This document shows positions 48,308 to 60,606 of a stretch of 64,000 nucleotides of DNA, piece after piece; the first letter of the stretch is position 1; each line of letters opens with the position of its first letter. The stretch is from a virus (taxonomy: Duplodnaviria; Caudoviricetes). The notes under the pieces are model-generated. The model saw only the letters and a program-made list of their open reading frames with translations. It did not search any database and had not been told where the DNA came from. The position numbers and the translations under genes are program-made. Location of the stretch: positions 103,251 through 167,250 of the IMG/VR virus record IMGVR_UViG_3300031994_000013; one strand, written 5' to 3'.

Positions 48308-49834
48308 ATGGCTAATACTTTTATGAACGCGATGAAGTCCCAGAATAATTTTAAGCTTACAGAGAATCAAGCAGTAGCTAAGAAGTCAACCATGTCTAAG
48401 CTTTATGACCTATTTGCTCTTGGCGGAGCTTACCGTACCCGTAGTGAGAGTGATTGTGTGCTTCTCTTTAAGGAAGCCTATATGGAGAGCCCTCGATATG
48501 CGATGAAGTGCCTGACGTACCTCAGAGATATTTTGGAGGGTCAAGGCGAGCGTCGTTTCTTCCGTGTATGCCTGCATTGGCTTGGTAATAACTATCCTGA
48601 AGCCGCCCGCCAGAATCTGCGTGAGTGGGTAGATGGTAACTTTATCCGTTGGGACGACCTGTTTGTACTCTTCGATACTCCTGTTGAGCGTGAAGTAATG
48701 GCACTCATTCGTCATCAGCTAACCCGCGATATGGCTATTTATAATGATGATCCTCGGGCATCGGTATCTCTTTGCGCGAAGTGGATGCCTTCCGAGAATA
48801 CATCTAGTGCTACTACTCGTCATAACGCTCGCCGCGTTATGGCTGCTCTTGAGCTTACTCCTCGTGAGTATCGTAAGATGCTCTCTATGCTGCGTGAGCG
48901 TATTAAGGTAGTAGAGCGTCTTATGTCTCAGAACCGTTGGGAAGAAATTGACTTCTCTAAGCTTCCTTCTCGCGCTGGTCTTATCTATCGTAATGTGTTT
49001 AAAAGTAAGGGCCTGATTGCCGAAAAGTACAAGGCTTTTGCACAGGATAAGACTACTAAGGTCAATGCTGGTACTCTATATCCTTATGATGTAGTGGCGG
49101 CCGCCCTTAAGTGTATGGGTAATGGTTACGGTGAGCCTGCCCTGAACGATACCGAGCGCCTTATGGTAAACAAGTATTGGGACAACCTTACTGATTACTT
49201 TAAGGGCGCAACTCTCAACGCTATGGTAGTTTGCGATACCTCTGGGTCGATGACTTGGAGCGGCAATGGCACCGTAAAGCCTATTGACGTTGCTGTATCT
49301 CTTGCACTCTATACCGCAGAGCGTGCTAAGGGGCCTTTTGCAAATCACTATATCTCCTTCAGCCATACTGCTCGTCTAGTTGAGACTAAGGGTGTGGATT
49401 TTTGCGATAAGGTAGCACGCATCGTAAGTACCAATCTTTGTGAGAATACTAATCTACAAAGCGTATTTGACCTAGTGCTAAATACTGCGATGCAGAATAA
49501 TGTTGATCCAGAAGATATGCCTAAGACTCTTATCGTCGTAAGTGATATGGAAGTTGATTCAGCAACTGGGCACTATGGTTATCAAAAGACGGACTTTATG
49601 TCTTCTATTCGTCAGAAGTGGGAAGCTAGGTGCGGCGGCTGGTATGATTTTCCCAACCTTGTGTATTGGGATGTCAATGCTCGCAATAACACCTTCCTTG
49701 AGGATTCTAAGACTGGCGTAACCTTCGTAAGCGGTTGTTCTCCTGTACTATACGAGCAAATTATGTCTGGTAAGACGTCTATAGATCTAATGCTTGAAAA
49801 ACTAAATAGTGAGAGATATAACGCTATTCACTAA
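48308..49834 (+). CDS. DUF2828 / TROVE(Ro60)-like protein with vWA domain
   Basis: RDI..GQGERR, RWDDL, AKWMPSE, LYPYD, VCDTSGSM, SDME, SGCSP. Confidence 0.85.
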   Translation: MANTFMNAMKSQNNFKLTENQAVAKKSTMSKLYDLFALGGAYRTRSESDCVLLFKEAYMESPRYAMKCLTYLRDILEGQGERRFFRVCLHWLGNNYPEAARQNLREWVDGNFIRWDDLFVLFDTPVEREVMALIRHQLTRDMAIYNDDPRASVSLCAKWMPSENTSSATTRHNARRVMAALELTPREYRKMLSMLRERIKVVERLMSQNRWEEIDFSKLPSRAGLIYRNVFKSKGLIAEKYKAFAQDKTTKVNAGTLYPYDVVAAALKCMGNGYGEPALNDTERLMVNKYWDNLTDYFKGATLNAMVVCDTSGSMTWSGNGTVKPIDVAVSLALYTAERAKGPFANHYISFSHTARLVETKGVDFCDKVARIVSTNLCENTNLQSVFDLVLNTAMQNNVDPEDMPKTLIVVSDMEVDSATGHYGYQKTDFMSSIRQKWEARCGGWYDFPNLVYWDVNARNNTFLEDSKTGVTFVSGCSPVLYEQIMSGKTSIDLMLEKLNSERYNAIH

Positions 49835-49904
49835 ACTTTTCTATCATTATGGAAGAAAATATAAATAAATATCGTTATAATTACCACTTATCTAATGGAG
49901 GTGA

Positions 49905-50825
49905 GTGGTAATTATGGTTACTCTTATAGATTTAACAGGAAAGAAAATAGATAAATTATTAGTATTAGAAAAAGCTTTGCCGCATAATAATCACGTTTGG
50001 TGGAAATGTCAATGTGATTGTGGAAATATATGTGAAAAAAGTAGCGAATATTTACGTTCTAGCACTCGACCGCGGGATTGTGGATGCTCTAAATTGAAAA
50101 ATATTAAAAAGAAAAAAGCAGAAGAACGTTATAATAAACTAGTGGGACAACGATTTGGAAGATTATTAGTAGTTTCTCGTACAGAAAGAACTGCGGGAGA
50201 AAAGAAAATTCCAATTTGGCTTTGTAAATGTGATTGTGGTAACTATAAAGAAGTTCCAAGTTATAGCCTTTTAAAAGGTCATACTCAATCTTGTGGCTGT
50301 CTTATTATAGATAATAAATGGGTTGATATTACAGGGCAAACTTTTGGAAGATGGACTGTTCTTAAACGAGATCCTAATAATCATAAAAAATGGATTTGTA
50401 AATGCGAATGTGGAACTGAAAAATCGGTGGATGGATATAACTTAAGAATTGGTCAAACACAATCTTGTGGTTGTATTAATTACTCTATCGGAGAATATAA
50501 TATAACCCAATTATTAAAGACTAATAATATAAAATTTATTAAAGAATATACTAATTCAGAATTACAGTTAAAACGTTTCGATTTTGCTATTTTGAACGAA
50601 CAAGAACAAATTGTTCGTTTAATTGAATTTGATGGTGAACAGCATTATACAGAACGTAATCGTTGGAATAATAGTGATTCTTTAAAAACGATTCAACAGC
50701 GCGACAAAGAAAAAAATCAATATGCACTTTCTCATAATATTCCGCTAGTCCGTATTCCCTATTGGGAACGAGACAAGATTACTTTAGAAATGATTATGGG
50801 AGATCAATATTTAGTCAAAGAATAA
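49905..50825 (+). CDS. putative homing endonuclease (Cys-repeat DNA-binding units + PD-(D/E)xK-like domain)
   Basis: 3x GQ.FG..W.CxCxCG..SCGC; RFDF..IEFDGEQHY..RD..K. Confidence 0.8.
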   Translation: MVIMVTLIDLTGKKIDKLLVLEKALPHNNHVWWKCQCDCGNICEKSSEYLRSSTRPRDCGCSKLKNIKKKKAEERYNKLVGQRFGRLLVVSRTERTAGEKKIPIWLCKCDCGNYKEVPSYSLLKGHTQSCGCLIIDNKWVDITGQTFGRWTVLKRDPNNHKKWICKCECGTEKSVDGYNLRIGQTQSCGCINYSIGEYNITQLLKTNNIKFIKEYTNSELQLKRFDFAILNEQEQIVRLIEFDGEQHYTERNRWNNSDSLKTIQQRDKEKNQYALSHNIPLVRIPYWERDKITLEMIMGDQYLVKE

Positions 50826-51112
50826 ATGGCGCGAAAGCGCCCTTCTTTTTTTTTGACTTTTTTTCAAATTTATGGTATAATATATTTACTAAAGGGAAAG
50901 GAAAAAAAGTAATGATTACCCCTTATATAAGTTTGATACTTTATTTATTTATGGGCTTATTGATAATAATCGCTTGTCATAAAGATATTAAAAATAAAGA
51001 AACATCCAAAACCTTTGATTCAATTCTTGATGGCTTACAATTCGCTACTATGTTTAGCTTATTTGGCATATTAATTGAACTTTTTATAAGATATAGATAA
51101 AGGAGAATAAAA

Positions 51113-51907
51113 ATGAACGACTGGATGAAAGCCGTTGAATACCATCACTCGTATGTAAAGGCGATGGCAGACGAACACAATGATTATCAGGTAATTTGGA
51201 CTTCTTTAATCGGGAGTCAAAATTATAACTTAGAAAATGAAAATAGTGACTGCGATACGTTTTCTATCGTTCTCCCGAATTATTTTGATTTCATCTCTAA
51301 TACTAATCTTATTAGTTTTGAAACCGAAATTGGCGATGGCAAATGCGTGGTTAAGGATTTTCGTCTTATGATGAATTTGCTTCGTAAAACTTCTCCTAAC
51401 AGTATCGAAGTATTTTCCTCAAAATATAAAGTTTTTGAGCCCGAGTATAAGGAAATTGAAAAGCAATTTTTCTCTGATTCAGAAACTATGTTTTATCTTA
51501 TTCACGCCAACTATAAGAATATGCTTAACGCAATCGCCGGTATGTGTTATCAGCTTCACGGTCGCAACATGTCAGATGGTAAGCGTTATTCACACGCCCT
51601 GCATCTCGATGATATGCGCCAGCTTTTTACTAAAACTCGTGAAGGTGATATTCTTTCTTTTCGGCATAAAGCAATTAACGAACTCGCACTTATTGCAAAA
51701 TTTCAACCTGCAACAGAACAAGAAAATATTTTTTATCGTGAAGAAACTATGAAAATTGCTGATGTTTTAAAAGCTTATAGCAATAAGTTTGAATACACTG
51801 ATGCTGAAAAAAGAGTAGAATATTTAGCTAATAATTTAATTAATCGACTTCAGTTTGAAGTTACCAAAATTTATCTAGAACAAAATAATTTTAGTTATAA
51901 GGAGTAA
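51113..51907 (+). CDS. putative nucleotidyltransferase
   Basis: GSQNYNL..ENSDCD (GS-x-DxD), PNSIE. Confidence 0.7.
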   Translation: MNDWMKAVEYHHSYVKAMADEHNDYQVIWTSLIGSQNYNLENENSDCDTFSIVLPNYFDFISNTNLISFETEIGDGKCVVKDFRLMMNLLRKTSPNSIEVFSSKYKVFEPEYKEIEKQFFSDSETMFYLIHANYKNMLNAIAGMCYQLHGRNMSDGKRYSHALHLDDMRQLFTKTREGDILSFRHKAINELALIAKFQPATEQENIFYREETMKIADVLKAYSNKFEYTDAEKRVEYLANNLINRLQFEVTKIYLEQNNFSYKE

Positions 51908-54900
51908 AATGGAAAATCTTAATATGTATGGCGGTCAGCACGTTCTTTGTAAAGAAAATGGAAAGTGGGTTGCTGGCAACCTAAAGCTTGATGGCGCGCA
52001 CCTTACGGAAAAGGGACTATTTTTTGATGTAGAGACTTCTATAGGCACAACTGTTACGGTGGGATTTGAAGATTTATTTCTTCATGCTCGCAAACTGGAA
52101 GATTGGGAATTAGACCCAGAATATGGCACATTAGTAAGTAAGGCAGATTTTATCGAAGACATCAAAGAAGAGCGTGTTATCGCAGCCGAAGGTACTGCCT
52201 ATATGTCTGACGGTGAATATCAATATTATAGTGTTCCGCGGTTAAATGAGAATTGGCTTAATAAGCAACCTTTTGACTATATTGTGTGGATTAGTTAAAA
52301 TGAATAAGGACTCTGGTTTTAGTCTCGATTTTGATATAAGTCAAGTGCCAGAAGATATAAAAGAAAAGATACGCACGAATATTGATAAATGGAAGCAAGC
52401 GTATGAAAAGTTATACCAGGCACGCATTCAGGAACTACAAGAACGGATTGGCCAATTAGAACTTGAATTACGGCATAACCAAAATTGGGAAAATTATAGA
52501 AACGGATTGTATAATTTTCAGACATATTATACAAATTATCTCTCAGAAATACGTCAAATATCACAATATAAGGATGAAATTTATGAAATTAAATGAACCA
52601 CAAAGTTGTGGAGAATGCTTTTTTAAAAATGAAGAATTTGGCTCACCTTTTTGCGCGTATCAATTGCAAACAACGCAATCAGAAATAAGTGCCTACCTTA
52701 ATGTTACTATTGATTTAACTTCTGTCCCCGATTGGTGCCCAATTAGAAAAACTAATAGAATGATTGAAGAGCTTCCAGTTGAAAAGCAAAGAGCCCTTGA
52801 TAGCATAGGTAATGGATTACAAATACTATTTGGATTAGAAAGAACAAATAAGTGAATTGGGTAAAACTAAAATGATGAAAATTTATTGTGATCGTTGTGG
52901 TATAGAAATTCTAAAAGAGTATGGTTGGCTAACTAGTGCAAAAATCTATACCAAAGAAGAAAAATATCCACCATCAAAATACAACGACTCTTGGAAAAGT
53001 AATAATTATCTTTGTCCAAGTTGCACAAAATCCTATATTCATTGGCTTTCAAACTCAAAGCAAAAGAAAAAGTTAGCGCATAATTTAGGAATTACACGTT
53101 GTAGTAATTGTAATCATGAAATTGACAAATATGAAGATATAAAATATTGCTCATGGTGCGGAAAGGAGGTAAAGTGGAATGACTGATTCAGAAATCATGG
53201 CCCAGGTATTCGCCGCGCAAACACGCGCATTATTATATAATTTACAGCCTGATGTAATTGCAGATAGAAAAGCAAGAGAACAGAAGATTGAAAATTGCCA
53301 ATATGTAGAATGGGAGCAAGATATGGGGCGAAAAATTCCTTTTTGCAAAATAACGGGTGAATATTGCAGTGGTCAATGCAAATAAAAGGAGGTAAAGTGA
53401 AAATGGGTTTGACCGAAAGACATTGGTTTGAAGATGAAGAGCCAGAATTAACTGAGAATCAGCTGGAGGACATACTTTGGGAAAATAAAAAGATATTTGA
53501 AAGAGGATATCAAAAAGGATTTTCTGATGGACAATCAGTTCTGTTCCAGGGGCAAGAACCCGTTGAGCCGAAAGAACTCAAAACGTATCTGCGTGGAATC
53601 TACATTTGCGGCTTTTGCGGGCACGCCGCTGTTGGGTCGAATGACTATCGCGCAAACTTCTGTCCGCAATGTGGGAAGGCGGTAAAATGGGATGGCTGAC
53701 ATGGAGAGGGTTGTCAAAGGACTTGAGTATTGTATTGGCTGTCATCCGTGTCCTAACTGTGTATATTACGATCCAGACGATTTGCGGTGTCAAAAACATT
53801 TGATGCGTGATGCGCTGGAAGTACTAAAAGAACAACCCACCACTAATACTGCGCATGGGCGGTGGGTGAAGATGACAGGAATGATGCCTCCTGAATATCA
53901 TGGACATTATGAATGCTCTAAATGTCAGTGGCATATGAAAGGACTCAGGAACAGTTGGACGAGAGAAGAAGAACTATCATATTGTCCCAACTGCGGTGCG
54001 AAAATGGATTTGGAGAATAAAAACAATGTGGGAAGATAAGTTTCAAGTTTATGAACGCCACGGTGACGGTGCATTTGATTTATTGGCAAGCGATATGCGT
54101 ATCGATGATGCGATACTGTTTATAAAAGCTCTATTTCAAGAAGCCTATACAGAAACAAGATTGAGGATTGAGATACGCCGTCAGCCAAAGGAGGATAAGG
54201 TGTGAACTGGTTAAAAGTGATTATTTCAATCGCGGCGATAGGCATTATTGAAAGCATAGCACCAAAGGAATATCGCGGTCCTACTATAGTTTCAGAATTA
54301 TCTGAAATTGCATTGTGTATTTTATTTGGTGCTTGGATTATTAGTAATGGGTGGTAAATAAATGACTAAAATAAAAAAGATACTACTTGCTTCAATATTA
54401 ATACTAATTCTTGTTATTACATTAACAGGCTGCGGGATGAAAGAAGAAAGTCCTAGTACAGGTTATGATACAGGTTTTCGTGTAATTGAAAAATTTGATA
54501 GTGGCTCCTTAATTTGGATAATTTATGATAAAACTACTGGTGTGATGTATATTATGAATTATCATGGTAGCGTCACGCCAATAATTAATGCAGATGGAAC
54601 ACCTAGAATATGGAGCGGTCAGCGATGAAAAAGACGACAGCACAAAAACATAAGCGCGCAAGATTAGAAATGCGCGAAAAAATTAAAGAATCGCTTGATG
54701 CTTGGAATAAACGATTATCTACACAAAAAATAGAATTTACGCGAGTTGAAAGACCAATTAGTAGATATACAGTAGAGTATGTTGCTAATGCGCGCATGTT
54801 GCCTAATATTTCATATATACAAGATTATATGGTTAATGAACTGGCTCATAGACTTATTAAAGATAAAATTATTCCCATTTCATACCATCAAGATATGTAT

Positions 54901-55616
54901 AATCCCAATGAAATTAGATATAGAGCTACTATAGAAATAGTAGTACCTAAGACGGAGTAAAAAAATGACTAAAACATTTTGCGATAGATGTGGTAAAGAA
55001 ATCAATGACTCAGAAGGTCTTTATGCTTGGATAACTCATACCTGCTATTATGCAAAGTTGCGTATGATAGGTAGTAGTTCTAAAACAAGTTGGAAATCAG
55101 ATGATAAATATATTTGTCCCGAGTGCGAGGAATCATATATTCATTGGTTTATGAATCCAGACAAAACTTGACTTTCTTTTAAAATTATGATATAATATTT
55201 ATATCAAATGAAAGGAACTAAATTATGAAACTGTATTTTGAAAATTCTTATGGCGAGCGGCGACTTATCGCTCAGCCGCGGGAACAGACCGAAGTCGGTC
55301 TGGAAATACGCCGATTTATTGATGAGTGTAATGAGGGTAAGCCGGAAGATAAGAAATTTCATAGTTATTATACACGCATTTGGAAAAATGAAGAGGGTCT
55401 TATTGTATACGACGTAGGCAGCCACGTAGAACTATTTCTTTTGGAGGATTAAAATGGTAGTAAAAGATGATGCCGCTATTGATAACGAGACTCTAAAATA
55501 TTATTATGATAAAGGATATGCTGAGGGCTATGGTGCCGCCCGCACGGAGGGTGAGCGCACTATTAACTGGTGGCGTGATATAGTTGAACAGCTTCGTTCT
55601 GATAATGACGAATTGC

Positions 55617-56270
55617 GCACAGAACTTCAGCAGGCTAGGCGTGGCGTTTATGGATATGAGTAAATTTTTTAATCATTGGAAAACCGTGCGCACCCATCGT
55701 AAATGGGTACGTCACTATTGCTTTCTTGCTGGTATTCCGTGGCGTGGGCTAACACACGATTTGAGTAAATACTCGCCTACTGAATTTTTGGAGTCCGCGC
55801 GCTATTGGACCGGAACGAGCTCTCCTATTAATGAGGCAAAGAAGGACATCGGAATGTCAAAGGCTTGGCTCCATCACCGTGGGCGCAATCGTCATCATTG
55901 GGCTTACTGGACTGATAATTATAGTGAAGGCTTTACAGCATATCTAATGCCTCCTATTGATTTTGTAGAAATGGTATGTGATTTTCTCGGCGCTGGACGA
56001 GCTTATAATGGCGAACATTTTTTTACTTATTCTGGTGAGTATAAATGGTGGCTTACGGAAAGAGATAAAAGTTGTAAGGCAATGAATCCATTGAATAAAG
56101 AAATGCTTGATGAAATTTTTAAGCGTTTAAAAATTGCTGAAAATCCACTTATCATACATGCGAAGCGTTGTGAAGTCCCCACTCCAGAAGTAATGATAAA
56201 AAATGGATTAATTTTAGAAATGTATTATATGGTTTTAGCTAAACACGAGGGAATAAAAGAAGATGAGTAA
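55617..56270 (+). CDS. DUF5662-like HD-related protein
   Basis: HDLSKYSPTEF, AWLHH..RNRHH, EMVCD; start uncertain. Confidence 0.7.
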   Translation, partial: AQNFSRLGVAFMDMSKFFNHWKTVRTHRKWVRHYCFLAGIPWRGLTHDLSKYSPTEFLESARYWTGTSSPINEAKKDIGMSKAWLHHRGRNRHHWAYWTDNYSEGFTAYLMPPIDFVEMVCDFLGAGRAYNGEHFFTYSGEYKWWLTERDKSCKAMNPLNKEMLDEIFKRLKIAENPLIIHAKRCEVPTPEVMIKNGLILEMYYMVLAKHEGIKEDE

Positions 56271-57021
56271 TTACCAATTAAATAACAAGCAAATAGAATT
56301 AATGAATTCTTGGCTTGATGAAGCTTATAGACAAGGATATGTAGCGGGTCAAAAAGCCTCAGAAAATGAAGAGGAATTTTATTATCCAATTCATAATTGT
56401 ATCCCTGACCTTTCTGTTTATCAAAAGAATCCTGACTTTGATAAGATTTGCAATGAATGCGATTTTGTCATTTTGCGTGCGCGCGTATGCAATAAAAATG
56501 ATACCGTATTTGAGGAACGCGCGAAAGAACTTGTTAAGCGCAATATGCCTTTCGCAGTTTATGATTATGTTACTCTTATGAGTAATGCTAATGCTATCGC
56601 ACAGGCAGAAGCATTTTATAAAATTGCTTCTCCCTATAATCCACGTATTTGGTATATTGATACAGAACAGCTTGGTACAGGTGTATCTTATGGCGCAGAA
56701 AGAGAGTATATTAAGACTTATGTTGCTCGCTTGCGCGAACTCGGCGCTAAAGTAGTTGGACAATATACTGGCGACTGGAAGTATTCTACTTATTACTGGC
56801 AGATACAGGATTTATTTGATACTTTATGGATTGCTAGTTATGGTAAGAATACTGGCACTTATGATGGGGTTACATTGAAATCTGCGGCAAAAACTAATAA
56901 AATTGATTTACATCAATTTACTGATAAGGGTGTAATTCCCGGTGTTGCTACTAAAGGCGATTTAAGTCGTCTGACTGGTAGCAAGCCGTTAGAGTTTTTT
57001 ACGGGAAGGAAATATCTATAA
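56263..57021 (+). CDS. GH25 lysozyme/endolysin
   Basis: DLSVYQ, FVILRA, IDTE, LWIASY, HQFT. Confidence 0.85.
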   Translation: MSNYQLNNKQIELMNSWLDEAYRQGYVAGQKASENEEEFYYPIHNCIPDLSVYQKNPDFDKICNECDFVILRARVCNKNDTVFEERAKELVKRNMPFAVYDYVTLMSNANAIAQAEAFYKIASPYNPRIWYIDTEQLGTGVSYGAEREYIKTYVARLRELGAKVVGQYTGDWKYSTYYWQIQDLFDTLWIASYGKNTGTYDGVTLKSAAKTNKIDLHQFTDKGVIPGVATKGDLSRLTGSKPLEFFTGRKYL

Positions 57022-57432
57022 AATGGAATGGATCTTTTATATATTACTCGTCGTAAATGTTGCTGTAACCATAAATCAAATTATAGATATTTTTGATAGT
57101 TTATATTTGGAAGATTATTTTATTTGGAAATCTATACCTATATATGTATTAAATGTTTGGGAAGATATGGAAGATAACTATAATCTTGCTGGTCGTATTA
57201 TAGTGGCCGTACTACTTTCTATCATTACACTACCAGCGATGATAGTAACATCCGTATTTACATTTATTATTCTTATTATTGTAGTTCTACCAGTGACAAT
57301 ATTTAATCTTTTGTTTAAGAAAAAATAATTTATATCCCTCAGTTCTCACGAACCGAGGGTCTTTTTTATTTGACTTATTTCTAAATTTATGTTATAATTT
57401 TTATGTAAGAAAAGGAAAGGAAGATTGAAAAA

Positions 57433-58761
57433 ATGTCTTATTATGGTTATGTAGTAAAGGTGGAGCATCTGCGCCCGCACTCTAATGCTGATAGGCTTCA
57501 GGTGGCTACTTTCTTCGGAAACGATACTATCGTTAGCCTTGATACTCAGCTTGGCGAGATGGGTATTTACTTTCCTGTAGACGGTCAGCTTTCTGAGCGT
57601 TATTGCGCAGTAAATGATCTGGTGCGCCGTAAGGATGAGAACGGTAACTACTGCGGTGGTTATCTTGACCCTGACAAGCGCAACATCAAGGCTATCAAGC
57701 TTCGTGGCGAGAAGTCTGATGGTTTGTTTATGCCTATCACTTCACTGGCCGATTTCTGCACTATCTCCGATCTTAAGGTGGGTGACCGCATTGATGTTCT
57801 GAATGGTGAGGAAATTTGCCACAAGTATATTCCTCATAGCAATGCATCCGTGCAATATCATGGCGCGAAGGCACCTCGCAAGGCAAAGGCTAACATTGCT
57901 CCTACCTTCTACGAGCACGTAGATACCGAGCAGCTTGCTTATAACCTCGATAAGTTTAAGGTCGGCGATACTGTACAATTGACCCTGAAGATGCACGGCA
58001 CTTCTGGCCGTACTGGCTATCTGCCTCTACTTCAGAAGCGTTCTATCTGGGATAAGATTTTCCATCCTCACAAGGAGATTTATGAGTATGGTTATATAAC
58101 CGGAACTCGTCGTGTAGTTCTTGCGGGCGACCGCAAGGGCGGTTACTACGAGTCTGATGACTTCCGTCGCGCGATGGCGGCTAAGTTTGAGGGCAAGCTT
58201 CGTAAGGGCGAGGTAGTGTATTACGAAATCGTGGGCTTCCAGGGCTACGAGGGCGCACCTATCATGTCTGAGGTTCAGAACTCTAAGGTGAAGGACCCTG
58301 AGTTCTCTAAGCAGTATGGTAAGACCACCATATTCTCTTATGGTTGCGCGGTTGAAGGTGGATATACTGACGACCAGCCTTGCTGCGAAGTATATGTCTA
58401 TCGTATGACTATGGTAAACGCCGATGGTGATGTGGTAGAGTATTCTCCCGCACAAATTAAGGAGCGCTGCGAGCAGATGGGCGTTCATACTGTAATGAAG
58501 TTCGAGACCTTCGTAATTCCTGAGAATATAAATCCCGGCGAGTATGTTCTCCGTAAGGTAGAACAGTACTTTGATGGTCCTGACCCTATCGGTAAGACCC
58601 ATGTGCGCGAAGGTGTAGTGGCGCGTATCCTTAACCGTCCTAACTTCGCAGTTTATAAGCATAAGAATTTTAGTTTCAAGGTTCTTGAAGGCATCGCTAA
58701 GGATGAGGCCGTTGCGCCGGATATTGAGGAGGCTCAGGAACTAATTGAAGAAGGAGAATAA
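57433..58761 (+). CDS. ATP-dependent RNA ligase (Rnl2/DRB0094-like) with N-terminal OB-like domain
   Basis: HSNADRL, KLRGEKSDG; motif I KMHGTS, YEIVG, REGVV, KHKN..F. Confidence 0.88.
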   Translation: MSYYGYVVKVEHLRPHSNADRLQVATFFGNDTIVSLDTQLGEMGIYFPVDGQLSERYCAVNDLVRRKDENGNYCGGYLDPDKRNIKAIKLRGEKSDGLFMPITSLADFCTISDLKVGDRIDVLNGEEICHKYIPHSNASVQYHGAKAPRKAKANIAPTFYEHVDTEQLAYNLDKFKVGDTVQLTLKMHGTSGRTGYLPLLQKRSIWDKIFHPHKEIYEYGYITGTRRVVLAGDRKGGYYESDDFRRAMAAKFEGKLRKGEVVYYEIVGFQGYEGAPIMSEVQNSKVKDPEFSKQYGKTTIFSYGCAVEGGYTDDQPCCEVYVYRMTMVNADGDVVEYSPAQIKERCEQMGVHTVMKFETFVIPENINPGEYVLRKVEQYFDGPDPIGKTHVREGVVARILNRPNFAVYKHKNFSFKVLEGIAKDEAVAPDIEEAQELIEEGE

Positions 58762-59232
58762 AAATGACTAGGGAAATTCGTATTCTGCAACTAAAGGCTC
58801 GGCGCGCAGTCCTACTCTCACGCGACCGTGAAAATCGTAATATTGTAAAGAAAATTGAACGTGAAATTAAAGCCCTTGAAGCCGCTTAATGCGGCTTTTT
58901 TATTTGACTATTCTTAAAATTTATGATATAATACTTATAGAAAGTGAGGGAAAAGAATGATTACTAAAGCCGCAGTTAAAATTTTTGATATTAGGCAAAA
59001 TAAGGAAGTTATTCTGCCTGTCCATCACCACGCAGATGCCTTCGAGATTCTATATAATCTTGGCTATAAAAGGAATATTGATTATATCGAAATCGCTCAA
59101 GGCTTTTTAGATGAAGATGGCGTGTTTCTTAATAGGCATCTGGCTTGGCTAGATGCGATTTATAGCAAACAAATTCCCGCAGACTGTGATTATATGATAA
59201 AGGAACTTTATAGTGAAGATATTTATTGAGGA

Positions 59233-60132
59233 GTGGTAATAATGCGAGATATATATGTCATGGCAGATTTGCATGGATGCTATGAACTTTATAGCGCTAT
59301 GATAGATTGGTGTTTCGCACAAGATAACGAATGTACTGTTGTGTTTTTAGGCGATGCATGTGATAGAGGCCCATATGGTTACAAAATTATGCGCGAACTA
59401 CTTGATAATCCACAAGTTATCTATCTAAAAGGCAATCATGAGGATATGTTTGTCCAAGCCGCGCATGAAATTATAGGTTTTTGTGCTCAATCTGATGAAT
59501 TGTATAATCAACTTAAATCTAAAAATAGGCAATTTGCTCAAGAATTTTGTCGTAATAGCACAAATATTACTATGCCAGCTCTTTCTCTTTGCTTATATAA
59601 TGGCGGCGCTGAAACTATACAAGATTGGATTGCAGATGGCTCAGATGAAAATTTCGTAGATGCCATTGAGAACCTTCCGCTCACTTTCTCTTATGAAAAT
59701 TTCGACTTTTGCCACGCTGGTTCAACTTATGAATATTTTAAGCGGGCATCTGATGCGGAATACAATAAAACCACAGTAGATGGTAATGTGAAGCAACAAA
59801 TGCTTTGGGATAGAAAGTTGTTGGCACTTGGTTGGGAAACTGGACGCATTGGCGTCTTCGGGCATACCCCCACAGTATCACTCCCCAAGGGAATCTATGG
59901 GAACGATCAAAGCCTTAAAAATGCACATCCGTGTGTATGGCATGATAAAATGGGTGAGTGGTCAAAGAGTGATAAGCGCCAAGGCTTAAAAATTGATATG
60001 GATACCGGCGCTGTGTGGTCGTATCGCGCGTATGTTCTTAACTGTTTAACTGGTAAAATATTTGGATTCTATGAAGAAACCCATGAAGATGGTTCCATTA
60101 TAAAAATTATAGATGAACAAAAAGTTGTATAA
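59233..60132 (+). CDS. Ser/Thr phosphatase-like metallophosphoesterase
   Basis: DLHG, GDACDRG, GNHE, HAG, GHTP, DTG. Confidence 0.9.
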   Translation: MVIMRDIYVMADLHGCYELYSAMIDWCFAQDNECTVVFLGDACDRGPYGYKIMRELLDNPQVIYLKGNHEDMFVQAAHEIIGFCAQSDELYNQLKSKNRQFAQEFCRNSTNITMPALSLCLYNGGAETIQDWIADGSDENFVDAIENLPLTFSYENFDFCHAGSTYEYFKRASDAEYNKTTVDGNVKQQMLWDRKLLALGWETGRIGVFGHTPTVSLPKGIYGNDQSLKNAHPCVWHDKMGEWSKSDKRQGLKIDMDTGAVWSYRAYVLNCLTGKIFGFYEETHEDGSIIKIIDEQKVV

Positions 60133-60606
60133 TAAAAGCACTTAATTAAAGTTATCGAGAAATAAATAAAATATTATAAAAAAAAGTTTAATAAACAACT
60201 TATTTATAGGGAAAGAAAAAATTTATACGGTTATATAATAATAAATTATTTTATTTTTTAATAATACAGGTAATCATATGCAAGATGAAGTATTAAATTT
60301 TATTCGTCGTCGCTTTATTCAAGACGACCTATGGTTAAATGGTAATTGTTATTACTTTGCAATTATTTTACATGAACGTTTCCCAACCAGTACAATTTGG
60401 TATGATTGTGTTGTTGGACATTTTGTAATTTTTTATCACGGCAATTTCTATGATTGGCATGGTATTTATAAGCCAGAAAAAATAGAATATATGATGCAAT
60501 GGGACAGTATAAAAGAAACCGACCCCTCGTATTATAAAAAAATAGTACGAGATGTAATTTATTAATCCGCACTTGCGGATTTTTTATTTTAAAGATGGAG
60601 GAATAA

